A stretch of 16,052 nucleotides of DNA from a virus (Duplodnaviria; Heunggongvirae; Uroviricota; Caudoviricetes): IMG/VR virus record IMGVR_UViG_3300045988_092011. One strand, given 5' to 3'. The notes under the pieces are model-generated. The model was given only the letters and a program-made list of their open reading frames with translations, did no database searches and was not told where the DNA came from. Below, in pieces: positions 16,005 through 16,052 of this stretch. The position numbers were made by a program, and so were the translations under genes. Each line of letters opens with the position of its first letter. Position 1 is the stretch's first letter.

Positions 16005-16052
16005 AGGAGCGGAAGTTGCCAAGAGAACTCTTGCAAAGGTATGATAACGTAG

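Larger units (their letters stand above)
1..16052. mobile_element. P2-like (Peduovirus-type) phage/prophage, partial: accessory slot, cos, and late region through tail fibre assembly gene G
   Basis: Colinear, uninterrupted P2 late gene order with matching protein lengths; P2-type cos sequence at 1288..1306; integrase, att sites and the early region are not in the window. Confidence 0.9.

Noticed and set aside
15672-16022. 116-aa minus-strand ORF overlapping the 3' half of G
   Set aside because: Starts on TTG and runs antisense to the conserved C-terminal region of G; no support for a real gene.
14170-16052. Invertible tail-fibre segment of the Mu G / P1 C type
   Set aside because: No invertase gene, no second inverted fibre-tip/chaperone pair and no flanking inverted crossover sites are visible; the downstream region is truncated, so it cannot be fully excluded.
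1-16052. tRNA genes, integrase or attachment sites
   Set aside because: No cloverleaf-like tRNA candidates were noticed, and the integrase and att region of P2-like phages lies beyond ogr, outside this window.

Overview
The window is the cos-proximal accessory slot plus almost the whole late region of a P2-like (Peduovirus-type) phage or prophage, probably from an enterobacterial host. Gene order is canonical P2: cos | Q P (minus strand) | O N M L X Y K lysA lysB lysC R S V W J I H G (plus strand). All 20 morphogenesis, lysis and tail genes are intact and tightly packed, and several stop/start codons overlap. Protein lengths match my recollection of P2 except tail fibre H, which is longer and carries a 132-bp tandem repeat array followed by an AT-rich distal segment that continues into G. 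The one non-core gene lies left of the cos site at 20..1102 (minus strand): an AT-rich 360-aa DUF262 (ParB/Srx-fold, GmrS-like) protein in the position where P2 carries old/tin. It is the best candidate for an undescribed anti-phage defence gene, and it reads toward the left window edge, so any partner gene is off-window. The window ends 123 bp after G, at the start of the second variable locus (Z/fun position), which cannot be assessed. All identifications rest on reading the translated ORFs and recollection of P2 proteins; no searches were run. The ORF track reports GTG/TTG starts as M and includes the stop codon in its coordinates, so several starts were trimmed to the first ATG with a Shine-Dalgarno.
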